64,000 nucleotides of DNA from Vicugna vicugna (Eukaryota), in NCBI GenBank assembly GCA_013265495.1, contig MU058824.1, positions 372,001 through 436,000 of the forward strand, read 5' to 3'. Under the pieces are notes generated by a model, which saw only the letters and a program-made list of their open reading frames with translations, had not been told where the DNA came from and did no database searches. Below are positions 52,539-64,000 of the stretch, piece after piece. Each line of letters begins with the position of its first letter. Within the stretch, counting starts at the first letter, position 1. Made by a program: the position numbers and the translations under genes.

Positions 52539-53776
52539 AGCTCCTATTTAAAGCTAGCCTTTCACTTTTTAAAAAAAGTGAATTTAGGTGCAGTACTTAA
52601 CCATTTCACTGATGTGCCTTTTATATAAGATCATATCACTAAACATATCTCAGACTGACATGTTTAATATTTGGTATAATAAATGCATATGGAAGAAGTA
52701 TCTAATGAATTATGGAAGATGACTGGAGATTCTTCTCAGTTTTCTTGACAGGAAAATGAGCTAATGAACTGAAGAGAATGACTGATTTGTAAGATATTCC
52801 ATAAGTTTATGTTTATATATTTATATTTATGTATTTATATTATATTTATATGTTGTCTAACTATTTCATCATGAGAAACTAAATTCCCCATGACTACTAA
52901 GATCTTCTATTCAGAATTTCTGTGTAGGATTTTGTTTCTTTAAAAAAAATTAAAAGTTTACTTCAGGTCTAAATTTAAAAATTAAATGAATGATTTCCCT
53001 CCTCCCTTCTTGGTTTAGAGCTGTTTATCTTTATTTCACTTAAGCACTATAGCATTTGACACATAAAGATGTTTTCCCAGAAGAATCTTGTTTCTGCCCA
53101 AGGCTGACATGAAAAGAAACAATTTGTCAGACTAATGGAGCTTACTAACAATTCAAATAAACATCCTATCTTTCCCTTCATACTGCGTATTAATAGAAAT
53201 ATTAATGATGAATTGCCTTCTTTATACGCTTCAGGAAGGAGACATACTGGGTCCAAGACAGCTTTCTTGCTTTGGGCCCTCTTAAACCCAACTGTTAGCT
53301 GAATCTGTCTTACTAGTTGCATGTTTATTAGCACGATGTTTCTTATGTGATAGTTATCTGTTTAATACAACCATATTGATCTTGCCTCATTTTAGTCGTT
53401 ACCTAGTGTGTAAAAAGCAATTGAATTTAGAATATATTTCTCTGTAAGCATATTTTGATAAGCAGTAACTAACTCTTCACAAATGGAGTTCCTTGGATTA
53501 TACAGCTGAAGATCAGGATCATATCTGTACTTACCACATTGTTCTCCCTTCCTTGTCACCGGCGCTCATTTGAGAGCTCCTTGAGATAGAGCATGTCATG
53601 TCTCAGGCATTTGTGCCCTCAGTAGCTAGTAGACACTGTAAATGACTGTCCTTATTTTAATGACTTGACTTTCATAATGACCAGCTTTGTTGCTTTATGA
53701 TAATATTTTTGCGTCCTCTCCTTGAATTTTTCTTTAGCACACAATCTGCTCTAAAATCTTGCTGTACCAATATAAT

Positions 53777-54167
53777 TGTTAAAAACAAGACAGCAGGCCC
53801 AAAATGGAGTTGCTTATGCTAAGCCTCAAGTCACCTAACCAAGGTTTAACTTAATTACAGTTTCAAGTCTCCAGAAATGGAATCTAAACCAGTCAGTGAG
53901 GAATCACCTGATCAGCACTTGTTAGGTCATCTGCCAAATAGACCCCTGCCATCCTCTAAAGGAAATTAATTTTGCAATAACCAACCCACTTTTTTTGCCT
54001 CCTATAACTTCCTTGTACCTGTTCCCCTTTGCCTATGAAAGTCTTTCATTTTGTACAGCTTCTTGGAGCTCCTTTCTATCTGCTAGATTGAATGGTGTGT
54101 AATTCAATTGATTTCTTCTCAAATAAACCTTTAAACATTTTAATATGCTTCAGTATATCTCTTAACA
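53777..54167 (+). mobile_element. ERV1-class solo LTR (MER34-like)
   Basis: Inverted termini TGTTAA...TTAACA, 'aaaatggagttgcttatgctaa' U3 motif, TATA-like ~54030, AATAAA at 54122-54127. Confidence 0.82.
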
Positions 54168-55462
54168 GGTTACATAGTTATCTAAAGCTGGTCACACACT
54201 GATGTGGGAAGGATTTGTTAACTGAGATATGGATATTAAGCAATGACTAGTGAGGGAAGTCTGATCTTTCCAGTCAATTTTTGAGGTGTTGAAAATAATG
54301 AAATTAGTTATATAAGTAAAATATTCTGGGATTCCAAATTATCTAGCTTACTTTTGGGAGAGTATAATTTATTGGCTGCTAGCAGAAATAATGTCAGCTA
54401 CTGGCTACAGTATTATGGTAACTTGGAAATAAGACTGGTATTATTCTCAGGCTTTTTCTAAGAAAAGAGTGAATTTATAGAAATATTTCAAATAATTAGC
54501 TGGGCTTATTTACCTGTCTGCATCAGCATGTCTCTTTATACAGTTCTGAAATTGAATTGTTGGTGAATTATAAAATTTTGAGTTGTAACCATTGTGAGTG
54601 CCAAAGTGTCCATGAAATGGGTAAGCAGAGTGGTCTTCAATACCTGGATCAGGGCCTAATGTTAGATGTCACTTACTAAAGAGCAGTGGATTTCCATACA
54701 CAAACTGGTTTGAACAAAAAACTGTCCAGGCATCAAAACACATAGTATGTTAAAGATGGAACCTAAAAATAAAATATACTAAATGTGACTTTTAAAAATA
54801 AGTAAACAGTTGCTAGTTTAGTTTACAATTATGCCTTTTCTTTGTTTTGCAGATGACAAGCTGAGATTTTCTTTGATAAACTTGAACTTTGTGTTTTTGA
54901 CACATTACAGTGGACACAGAACATTCTTAATCTCTTTTTAATAGCCTCTCACATAACACATTGTATCACCAGAAGGTGAAGACCAGGCAAGAAGGGCTTT
55001 TGGTTCACAATTTGAAAGGTGTTTCTTAAATTCTTTTCATTATTTTGCCTTAGAGACATGGTGGGATAGAATCAGCAAATTTAGCTTTGGTTTTATATTC
55101 TTTCAAAACTGACAATAATCTAGCAAAATTTTTCTTGTGGCACCAGAGATAGTTGTTGAAAGTATTAATTTAAAGAGTGAATACGTTTTCAATTTTAAAA
55201 ATTGTTTGGAAACAGTCTTTTTTATGTAGTTAGAAGCATAGGAAATCCATTGGTCCAATTTCTAGGCTTGAGAAGTTGTACTTCTATTTCCTTGATCTTG
55301 TGAAGTGTTAGAATATATAATAAAGATTAAAACCAATTGATGGATGATTTTGTAAATAGTGGAACCAACTTAATTCATAAATTTTCTTTTTCTTTTTAGA
55401 CTTTCAGTATTATTTGCCTCTTATGAAAACATTTATTAATTTCAAATTTTTTAAATTTCTAG

Positions 55463-55535
55463 GTAACTTGGGTTTTTACTCCTGTAACAACTGAAATAAC
55501 AAGTCTTGATACAGAGAATATAGATGACATTTTAA
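55463..55535 (+). CDS. ERP44: ERP44 coding exon 2
   Basis: tttctag|GTAACT...TTAA|gtaagt; 73 nt encoding VTWVFTPVTTEITSLDTENIDDIL(N). Confidence 0.96.
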
Positions 55536-56249
55536 GTAAGTACCATGATATTTTTAAAGTATATTTTCTTCTCTATAAAGAGTTAGTTTAGATACAAAAA
55601 CAATACAATCTCAATTGTCTAGAATAATTGAGGAACCAGCATTCATGGTTTACTGAATTAACTAATTTTTAGTAAAATTTCTTAAAATATGTAAGTCTGC
55701 TTTCCTGTGTTACAAGTAAACTTTCAGTCCTGTTTTACTTCTTTGCCTTGTCATACATACCACTCTTAACAATTCTTAGAGTATTTAGTTGCCTAGAGGC
55801 CAACAGTTTCCACTGTGCAGTACTAAATGTTAATGACCTTACGACACAGCCTACCACTTTTTTGTCTTTTTTAGCTTTTAACTAAATCACCTACTTTGAT
55901 CTTTTTTATTGTCATTGGTCCAATTAAGTTCAATAAGTGTTTTGTTTGTTTGCTGACAATTTAATTGTAAATACAGTTAACTTGGGTGAAAACATTTCTT
56001 GTTTTCAAAAGTAATAGAGGGAAGGTAAAGCTGTGGTTAGGAGATTTAAGAAAATACAGTGTGGATAAATGATTTCTCTCTCTTTTTAAAGCACTCTATT
56101 TCACCCACTAGTTTGAGGAAAGCTAAATACAATAAAGAGGTAAAAGAAGTATTCATTGACCATCATATATTGTTTTGTGTTCTTGGAAATGGTTTTAAAT
56201 GCTAAGAAGTCTATTCCTACATTATGGGATCTCCTTAGAGAAATGGCGC

Positions 56250-56430
56250 TATAAACTTTAGCATGCATCAGCATCACCTGGAGGACTTAAGAATACTTGT
56301 ACTGCTAAGCCTGCCCCCTAGTTTCTGATCAGAAACTGCTGGACCCCACCTAAGAATGAACATTTCTACAAGTTCCAGTGTGATGCTGGCGCGTCTGGTC
56401 CCAGGGCTCACATTTTGTGAACCACACTGC
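56250..56430. mobile_element. MER5A-like MITE
   Basis: 'gcatcagcatcacctggagg...catttctacaagttcca...gatgctg...ggtcccagggctcacattttgtgaaccactg'. Confidence 0.75.
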
Positions 56431-56558
56431 TTTAGAGTGAATAGCAAGTGGATAAAAAGTGCTTTGAAGGTAAAAAAGGAAAAGGAGAATTGAAACTTAC
56501 ATATCCTCACCCCTTTCATCTTTCAAATTCTGGAATATCTTTGTGTGTGGGGGAGTTT

Positions 56559-56584
56559 TGTGTGTGTGTGTGTGTGTGTGTGTG
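56559..56584. repeat. (TG)13 microsatellite
   Basis: Directly visible. Confidence 0.95.
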
Positions 56585-57199
56585 AGTACTGACAAGTTTA
56601 TTTAAGTTTCTCTGTGTTAAGTTTAGGCAAAAGGAACAGATTTTTTTTTTCATGTCTTCACATCTGGATATGCAAATAATACTAAGTTATTTTTTGCAAC
56701 AGAGAGTAACTGTTAAATGGGGAGGAACCAGAAAAAGTACATCTTACACAATGCTGTTACAGGTTACTTGTTGCAACTAGATGGGACATCTGAGTTTTAG
56801 AAATAGCTTAGTTATACAGGTCTATTCTCTGAAATTGGATTTTATTTGCAGAGCTAATTCTCAGTTATTTATGAATATGGAAGGTCCAAAAATGGATTAT
56901 TAAAATCTGGATCATTCCACTTAATTTTTTAAGAGAGTAGGCTATTTTGTAACTTACTTACCTAATCTGGGATTGACTGTCCTTTTGTTTTGTATTCACT
57001 CAGCGAAGATATTAAGATGGAACAGGGACTCCCACAAATTGTATAGCGCCATCTGTGACTATGTATGGGTTTCTGAGAAGTAATTTAATTGTTATTATGT
57101 ATATTTAGTGGGCTTTTAATGATGGAAAACCATATCTTTAGTCTTGTCAAAATTTTGTAGACACAAATAACTTAGGTTGTTTGGTTTTTTTAATTTCAG

Positions 57200-57239
57200 A
57201 CAATGCTGATGTTGCGTTAGTAAATTTTTATGCTGATTG
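57200..57239 (+). CDS. ERP44: ERP44 coding exon 3
   Basis: tttcag|AC...TG|gtaagt; 40 nt encoding (N)NADVALVNFYAD(W), the thioredoxin-fold strand preceding the active site. Confidence 0.96.
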
Positions 57240-57989
57240 GTAAGTAATATCTTACTTTTATGAGGGGGGAGTGCATCAATTAGGGTTGTTTTTTTTTAAC
57301 TTGCTAAAGGTGTTTTTTCTTTGCTAGAAAAGGGGTGAATGGGGAAGCCTCTTTCTTTTGTGAGGCAATATTCCACACCCAAAATCAATTAAGGTTCATT
57401 CACAAATGAAGTAGACTAATTTGGTGAGCATTTGTTTTAAGAGAGAAATATACCTGATTCCATTATCCCACATCTTAAAAGCAGGTAACATAAAAACTCA
57501 GATTTCTCTCTGTCTCTCACAAGAGTACATACTGGGATTCTGTATTTGTCTTAACTGAGGAAGTAGGACAGTGTTTAGAGGTGAGGATGTGGTATGGCAA
57601 GTTTAGAAGGAAAAATAATGTTGATTTTTTTAATATGTACCATCTACTACTACTTGTAGGAAGCCTTTACTCTTTTCCCTGTGTGACTTGGATTCTGTCT
57701 TGTGTGTTCATGCAGTCTCTGTGTACTGCATTCTTTTCTTACTACATTGTTTTGTCTTTCATCTTTGTGCCCAGCAAACAGTTTGAGGGCAGAGATAATG
57801 TCTTACTTAGTATTCCCAGCATCTAAAACAAGGACATACTATGTAGCAGATGTTCAGGAATGTGGCGCGGGGATAGAACGAAGGGAGCATCAGCTGGAGA
57901 GAAGTTAGAAACACTCATATAATCCTTCTTCCTAGATGGTCTGTATCTAATGGGGCGCTTTGAGGCTTACTACCTACTAGCTGCCACTA

Positions 57990-58695
57990 CCCTACTTCAG
58001 GCCATAGTCCTGCAATTTACCCAGATTCCTATGACAGTCTCTAATTTATTTCCTGTGCCTCTAGACCTATGTGTCTCCATTCTATTCTCTGCAAAGTAAG
58101 CTGGAGTAGTCTTTTCTAAAGTGCAGATTGAATTAGTTGACACCGCATCTTAAAACCCTTAAATGGTTTTCTAATACCTTTAGAAAGTCCCTTAGCTTGG
58201 CCTAAGAGGCCCCTGATGACCTGGTCCCTTCCTACCTCTGCAGCTCTGTAACTTAGCTCTCTCCACTCCCATATTCTGTTCTGGGGTACTGAATGTCTTT
58301 CAGTTTCTGTAATATTCCATACTCTTTTATCACGGGACCTTTACTCACGGTGTTTTCTCTGAATGGATCTCTCTTCTCTCACCTGTTTATTTACCTGGTT
58401 AAGTCTTAATCGTCTTTCAAGTCTTAGATTAGATGCTAGTTTCTCCAGGTCGCCTTCCTAATCAGTACCCCTACCCCTGCTCCCAAGTCAGGTTAGGATC
58501 CCTTTTTATATCTTCTGAAAACACCCCATACTTACCCAGTCATAACACTTGTATGCTATGGTTTAGTTTGTGGCTCCCTACTATATGATTAGCTTTGTGA
58601 AAAGTTACCGTATCTATCTTTTTTCAACATGAATCCCCAAACACTTGGCATAATGCTTGGCAGATAAGTACATAATATTTCCTGGGTGAATGATG
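57990..58695 (-). mobile_element. L2 fragment
   Basis: L2-type text 'tctattctc...cttttctaaagtgcag...ttaaaacccttaaatgg...cttggcataatgcttggca...tgaatga'. Confidence 0.65.
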
Positions 58696-59393
58696 TATAG
58701 TATTTATATTTGAAGAACTTCAGTAAACTATTAGAGATATACAGAGAAAATACAATTTATAAAACGTATAACAAAAGAGCATTTTCCAAGGTAAGCTGGG
58801 ATTGTCCAGATATAATGTTATTTGGTAGAAGATTTTCTAGTCTTTAAAAATAAAACTGAGATCCAGAGGAATAAGGTATTTTCCTGAGGCCACCTGACTA
58901 AATTGTGGCAGAGTTAACACTAGGATGCTATTATCTCGGTGGCGGGATTTTCTGTGCTATAAGAAAGAAATAGAACATGCCACCGACCTTGTTGTAAAAA
59001 GTGAATTGGAAATGTGGACTAACTGCAGCTACTTAGGAAGCATATTACCCAAAGAATACCTGGAGTTGTTCATGAATTAATACTCTTTTGTTCAACTGAA
59101 TAAAACTTAGGTAGCTGACCGTAGGACATAGAGTTACACTGTGTAGCCTCAAAGGCTAGATTCTGAGTTGCCTTTCGAAGTTATGGATATGGCATGACTT
59201 AAGGATAAATTCTCTAACAGAGCTGCCTAAAAATATACTTCAGAGGACAATAAACCCTGATAGGAACTTAATAATGCTCTCATGTGCCAGGCTCTTTACA
59301 TACATTGTTTTTAATGCTCAGAACTACCCTGTAGGTAGGTGTTATTCTTTCCATTTTAAGTTGAGGAAATTGAGGTTCAGAAAGGTCATACAG

Positions 59394-59488
59394 TACACCA
59401 GAAATTGACACAACATTGTAAACTGACTATAACTCAATAAAAAAAAATTTATGTATATAAACAACAACAACCCCCCCCCCAAAGAAAA
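59394..59488 (+). mobile_element. Extremely 5'-truncated L1 tail inserted in a MIR (~59260-59560)
   Basis: Last ~45 nt of the young L1 3'UTR plus tail; perfect TSD AGAAAGGTCATACAG at 59379-59393 and 59489-59503. Confidence 0.9.
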
Positions 59489-61410
59489 AGAAAGGTCATA
59501 CAGCTAGTAAGTGGTGGAACTGGGATTTAAACTCAGCTATGTTAAACTCCCAAGCTTTTATTTTTTTTCCCTAGTAGGTTATCCTAGTGAATGCCCCTAA
59601 ATTGTTCCTGCAAAGACTTTCACCCATTTGGTTGATTTAGGAAGGGTTGATTCAAGCACCAGATTGCAGATTGGATTCACGTGAATCTTAAGGCACTTTT
59701 AATAGATAAATTTGCTTTCATTATGTTACCTTTATAAATGTAACTTTCCATTTGTATGAAGGTACAGTAATATAGCAACTGAATTTTTCTATCATCTTCC
59801 TCTTTCACCTTTTGGTATTAAAACTGACTCTGTTTTAAACGTGAGCCTGAGCTTCAGTGCTTACTGGGCAGCAACCTGGACAATCCAGAAGGGAGCCCTT
59901 AACATATGTCTTTATCTTTGCCCTCAAGCCAGGAGCCTGTCCACTGATTATTTACTAGGCCATATCCTACTTCTACAAGAAACCGTTAATCAATCCCTAC
60001 CCCTTGCCTCCCTAGCCCTCCAGAACCTTTTCTGTAGCAGACTGTTAGAACCCACAAATCTGCAGTCCTAACTTCTCCACTTCCTCCATTCTATCAGTTT
60101 ATTCATTTAACAGACATCTACTGAAATGCTTTTTAGAATATGTAGTCAAATAAGACATGGTCCCTGATGTCCGCAGACTCCCCCTACCTGTCCCAGATGA
60201 GAGAGATTTCAGAATGCTAAAAGAGGAAAGAACTACTTGAAAGCAAGAGATTGAAGATGCAGGTTGTGTCTTCTTGGTATATTCTGGGGCATCTCCTTAG
60301 GAAGTCAGGTGTGTGGGCTAGGAGAGTTATATACAAAAATAGGAAGTATAAAGAAATGTGTATCTCTCACAGGCTTTATATTTTTGTTGACTTACAGTTA
60401 ATATGTGTGACCTAGTCACATGTGGATTAAAAAGTTCGCAGGCCTCATTTAAGTAAATTTCTTGGTGGAAAAGGGCTCTGGAAGCAGCAGTAGCAATTAT
60501 ACTTTTTGTTGTTGTTGTTAACAAAATGGTCTTTTTCATGTGAGAATGACCATTCTAGCCCAGCTGCTTGTGTGCTGATTCTGATTCTCCTCTTTCTTAT
60601 CAGTTCCCTTTAATGACCCGCAGAATATGTTCGTGAAGTGGTTGGCCTGATTAAGGTGCAGCCAGAATTAGAAGTATCAAGTTTCTGGAATATTGTGGGG
60701 TTTGTGCCCCTTTTAAAAAGTGAAAACAAAACAAAAACAACAGACATAGGAAACTGGACAGGAAGTCTCTTTTAGAAATTTAAAAATTTTGCTCCTGAGC
60801 TTAGTCTATTTAATAGTTTATAGATACAAAAGCCCATTTTAACCAGAGGTGAATTTTGAGGGGAATCAGTTCACTATATTCTATATATCATTTTCATACA
60901 ACTTATTTATTTAACATGCTTACTTGCCTATGAGATTTGATTGAACTTGGCAGGTCAGTCGGTCTAATATTTGCAATAAACTTACCATTTTAAAGATTTT
61001 GTAGTCGTCTAAAAATATGTTCATTACTTATAAAAGCTAATTGCTTTTATAAATGTCTGAGTCTCAGTAGTTACAGACCCAAGTAGATAAATCTTAGAGG
61101 GCTTATTTCCAACTTGTTTCATTGCCTCTGTGAGAGATCTTTAGCTTTGTGCTCCATAATATTGGCCATTTTCTTCAGGTGGAAAAAACCAAAATCTTTT
61201 AATGATTTGTGCAGTCTTTGAATTGAAGTAGTATTTGAATTCAAATTTGTCTTCACTTCCAATGAATGACACCAGGATCCCTAAATTAACAATGTGATTG
61301 TGTCAAAAGCTGTTTACTATACATATACTAAATGTGAATGGATGATAACTGAAATAAAATTTTATTGCTTCTGCCTTTCGGTTTTAATTTGTATTCTTCT
61401 CTGTGTATAG

Positions 61411-61526
61411 GTGTCGTTTCAGCCAGATGTTGCACCCAATTTTTGAGGAAGCTTCTAATGTCATTAAGGAAGAATATCCAAATGAAAATCAAGTAGTGTT
61501 TGCCAGAGTTGATTGTGATCAGCACT
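61411..61526 (+). CDS. ERP44: ERP44 coding exon 4 with CRFS thioredoxin-like active site
   Basis: gtatag|G...CACT|gtaagt; 116 nt encoding (W)CRFSQMLHPIFEEASNVIKEEYPNENQVVFARVDCDQH(S). CRFS (CXXS) is the ERp44 hallmark. Confidence 0.97.
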
Positions 61527-62523
61527 GTAAGTACCTCAGTAGGAAGTCTGGAAGAAACTGTCCCACCCCCATCCCTCCTACACACAGACACACACACACT
61601 TTTTTTTTTCTTTTTTTTAAAAATGCTCTGCTTTCAGTAGAGAACAAGCCAGAAATGTTCTAGTGACCTTGGTTAAAATGTTAATATTTAATCTTTATGT
61701 ACTTACAACACTATTTTCCATTTTGCCTGTGTGTAGGATTAAGAAAATTTTTCCATTAAAATATACTAGGGCAAGCATACAGGTAATATATCATAACTAG
61801 CATTTTTTTTAACCAAAGCAAACACCAAAATCAATAAATAAAATTGAAATACAGTTTTAGAAAAGTAAAAGATTTCTGTTAGTCTTAGAATCATGCAAAA
61901 ATACCATTTGTAGTCATTTAACATAAAACAATCTTGGAGTTTTTTGTGTTTCTGTTCTGTAAAAGATTCTACTAAGATTGGCTTAGACCGTCTTTGAAGT
62001 GTGATTTGCTGTAGTTACTGATTATAATTGCTGAGAGTGTTGAGAAACTTAGGTTAAACTCACTTAAAATCCTGCCTCTTGGATTATGCTTGTCCCAGTG
62101 GTGCTTTCTCTATGAAAATCCTCATGGTTTTCTGTACACATGACAGATTCCTCCAGCTTGGACTAGTGTGCTTGCAGTGGGGTTTCCTCCTGAGTGCTGC
62201 CATTACCCTTGAACTTAACGCTCTCATGGCACCAAACCCATGGCACTTGGTGGTTCTGCTTCATTGGGTCTTAGTTGTCTCACCAATTGCAATGTCACTT
62301 CTTCAAAGGTGGGAACTACTTTCTTTTCTTTGTTTTTAATGCTCCCTTTTAAGTGGAGACCAAAGAACTCTAATCTCTGAATTTCAAACATCTGATAGTT
62401 TCTGGGAGACAAAGATTCCTCATTGAAAGCTTCTTGCATAGAGTTATTGGTAAGTTGGCCTGAATACAGAACACTCCCATTCTGCAAATTTCCTGTCCTT
62501 TACACTTCACCTAACAGATAGAA

Positions 62524-62546
62524 TGTGTGTGTGTGTGTGTGTGTGT
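62524..62546. repeat. (TG)n microsatellite
   Basis: Directly visible. Confidence 0.95.
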
Positions 62547-63489
62547 ACGTACTACTTTAAATTTTGCAGTTGAGGAAATGGAAATCGTGTCATACAGCTT
62601 AATGTCTAGTCACCACAGGCTTAGAATCCAGATCTCCTGACCAGATTCCTTCACAGACTTGCTTGTTTTCTATTCAATTCAACAAACATTTTGGGGATTT
62701 TCTGGTAAAGCCCTGTGCTAGGCAGAAATGGCTAACAGCAGAGCATTTCCAAATCTTCTGAGCCACACCCCACATTTCTTTCTGCTGAGGTTCCCAACTG
62801 GATAGGATGAAGGGGGCAGTAGAAGTTGTCAGTACAAGCGTGGACTGCATTTCCACACTGCTTTCTGGATCTTTCCTCCCACCTTTCACTGGCAGAGAAC
62901 AGGATGTTTTTGGTGTGGGCTTTTATTCAAATCTTTCTATTCTTTATGTATTTAATTAGATATTACAGTGCAGACAGTAGCCCCTACTTTCACTGAATTT
63001 GGGCTAGAAAAATCTGAAATTATGCTCTCAAGCTTGCAGTCATTGGGAAGAAAAAGTAACTATTCTTGAACCATAAATATCATTTATTCTCCTTCTAAAC
63101 ATTAACATTAGCAGGGGACATCTGAGATAAATATGATACTGTTTCTAGTAATCAGGTTCTCTAATCATAGTTAAGATTTTTTTGATCTACCAGAGAGATG
63201 TACAGAATTAGTTTTTTATTAATGAAACTTATATCTGAGACATTGTGTATTCTCCCTAAATATTTTTTTCTCTGTTAATTGTTCACTTTTTAAAAGTGGC
63301 ATTATGAAATCCTTATTGATGCTTTGTTCATATTTTCCACTCTCTTCTTTAGAGCTGGTATGACAGACTGTACTTTGGGTAACCCCTTACATGCTGGTTG
63401 AATTGTGGAGATTTTGGACTAGAAGGACTTTAAGAGTCCTGTGATCTGGAGATAAATGCCTGTTAGGCAGATAGTTCTTTGGTCGGATT

Positions 63490-63965
63490 TACTTTTTTTT
63501 TTTAAAGAGGTTGATTGAAATATAATTGACATATAATAAACTGCACAAGCTTGAATTATACAATTTAATGTTTTGACACATGTATGAACCTGTGAAACCA
63601 TTATCACAGTCAAGATATCAACATATCTGTCATCCCCAAAATTTTGCTTGTGCTCCTTTGTGGTCCCTCGCTCCCCTCATCAATCCTCAGGGGACCATGG
63701 GACTGCTTTCTGTTAAAATGTAATTACATATATGTGGTATTATTGTTTCTGTTATTACCGTTTCTTTTTTTCTTTTTTTTTTTAATTGAAGTATAGTCAG
63801 TTTCCAATGTTGTGTTAGTTTCTGGTGTGCAGCCTAGTGATTCAGTTACACACATATATATATGTATTCCTTTTCATATTCTTTTTTGTTATCTGTTATT
63901 GTAAGATGTTGAATGTAGTTCCCTGTGCTATGCAGTAGGACCTTGTTGTTTATCTGTTTTTTATA
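63490..63965 (-). mobile_element. Two adjacent L1 3' ends (old L1MB-like 63490-63720; younger 63762-63965)
   Basis: Poly-T heads followed by L1 3'UTR text; the second is homologous to 12612-12800. Confidence 0.8.
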
Positions 63966-64000
63966 TTGTTATTGTTGTTTCTATACTGTGTGGCCCAACC

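Noticed and set aside
1..64000. CRISPR arrays, operons or prokaryotic defence systems
   Set aside because: The sequence is intron-containing mammalian DNA with no regularly spaced repeat-spacer structure.

Overview
Mammalian genomic DNA containing the head-to-head INVS / ERP44 gene pair, which shares a CpG-island bidirectional promoter at about 26.8-28.2 kb. The organism is probably a camelid, inferred from the tRNA-derived Vic-1-like SINEs and the young L1 3' ends. INVS (inversin/NPHP2, minus strand) contributes a probable non-coding exon 1 (~26895-27060), exon 2 with the start codon (23775-23904) and exon 3 (11285-11451), then continues off the left edge. ERP44 (plus strand) contributes coding exons 1-4 (27478-27534, 55463-55535, 57200-57239, 61411-61526), including the thioredoxin-like CRFS motif, then continues off the right edge. 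The rest is intronic and rich in L1, L2, MIR, LTR and hAT remnants, and nearly all ORF-track ORFs are spurious or L1 fragments. I found no convincing novel gene system. The most notable observations are retrotransposition fossils (a twin-primed 5'-inverted L1, a chimeric TSD-flanked L1 holding a nested internally primed L1, and a tiny L1 tail with perfect TSDs), a perfect 15-bp inverted repeat built from RFX X-box-like arms in INVS intron 2, a perfect (GGGTT)-type G-quadruplex in the ERP44 5'UTR, and recursive-splice-like AG|GT starts on exon 2 of both genes. Repeat family names come from recalled consensus similarity, not from a database search.
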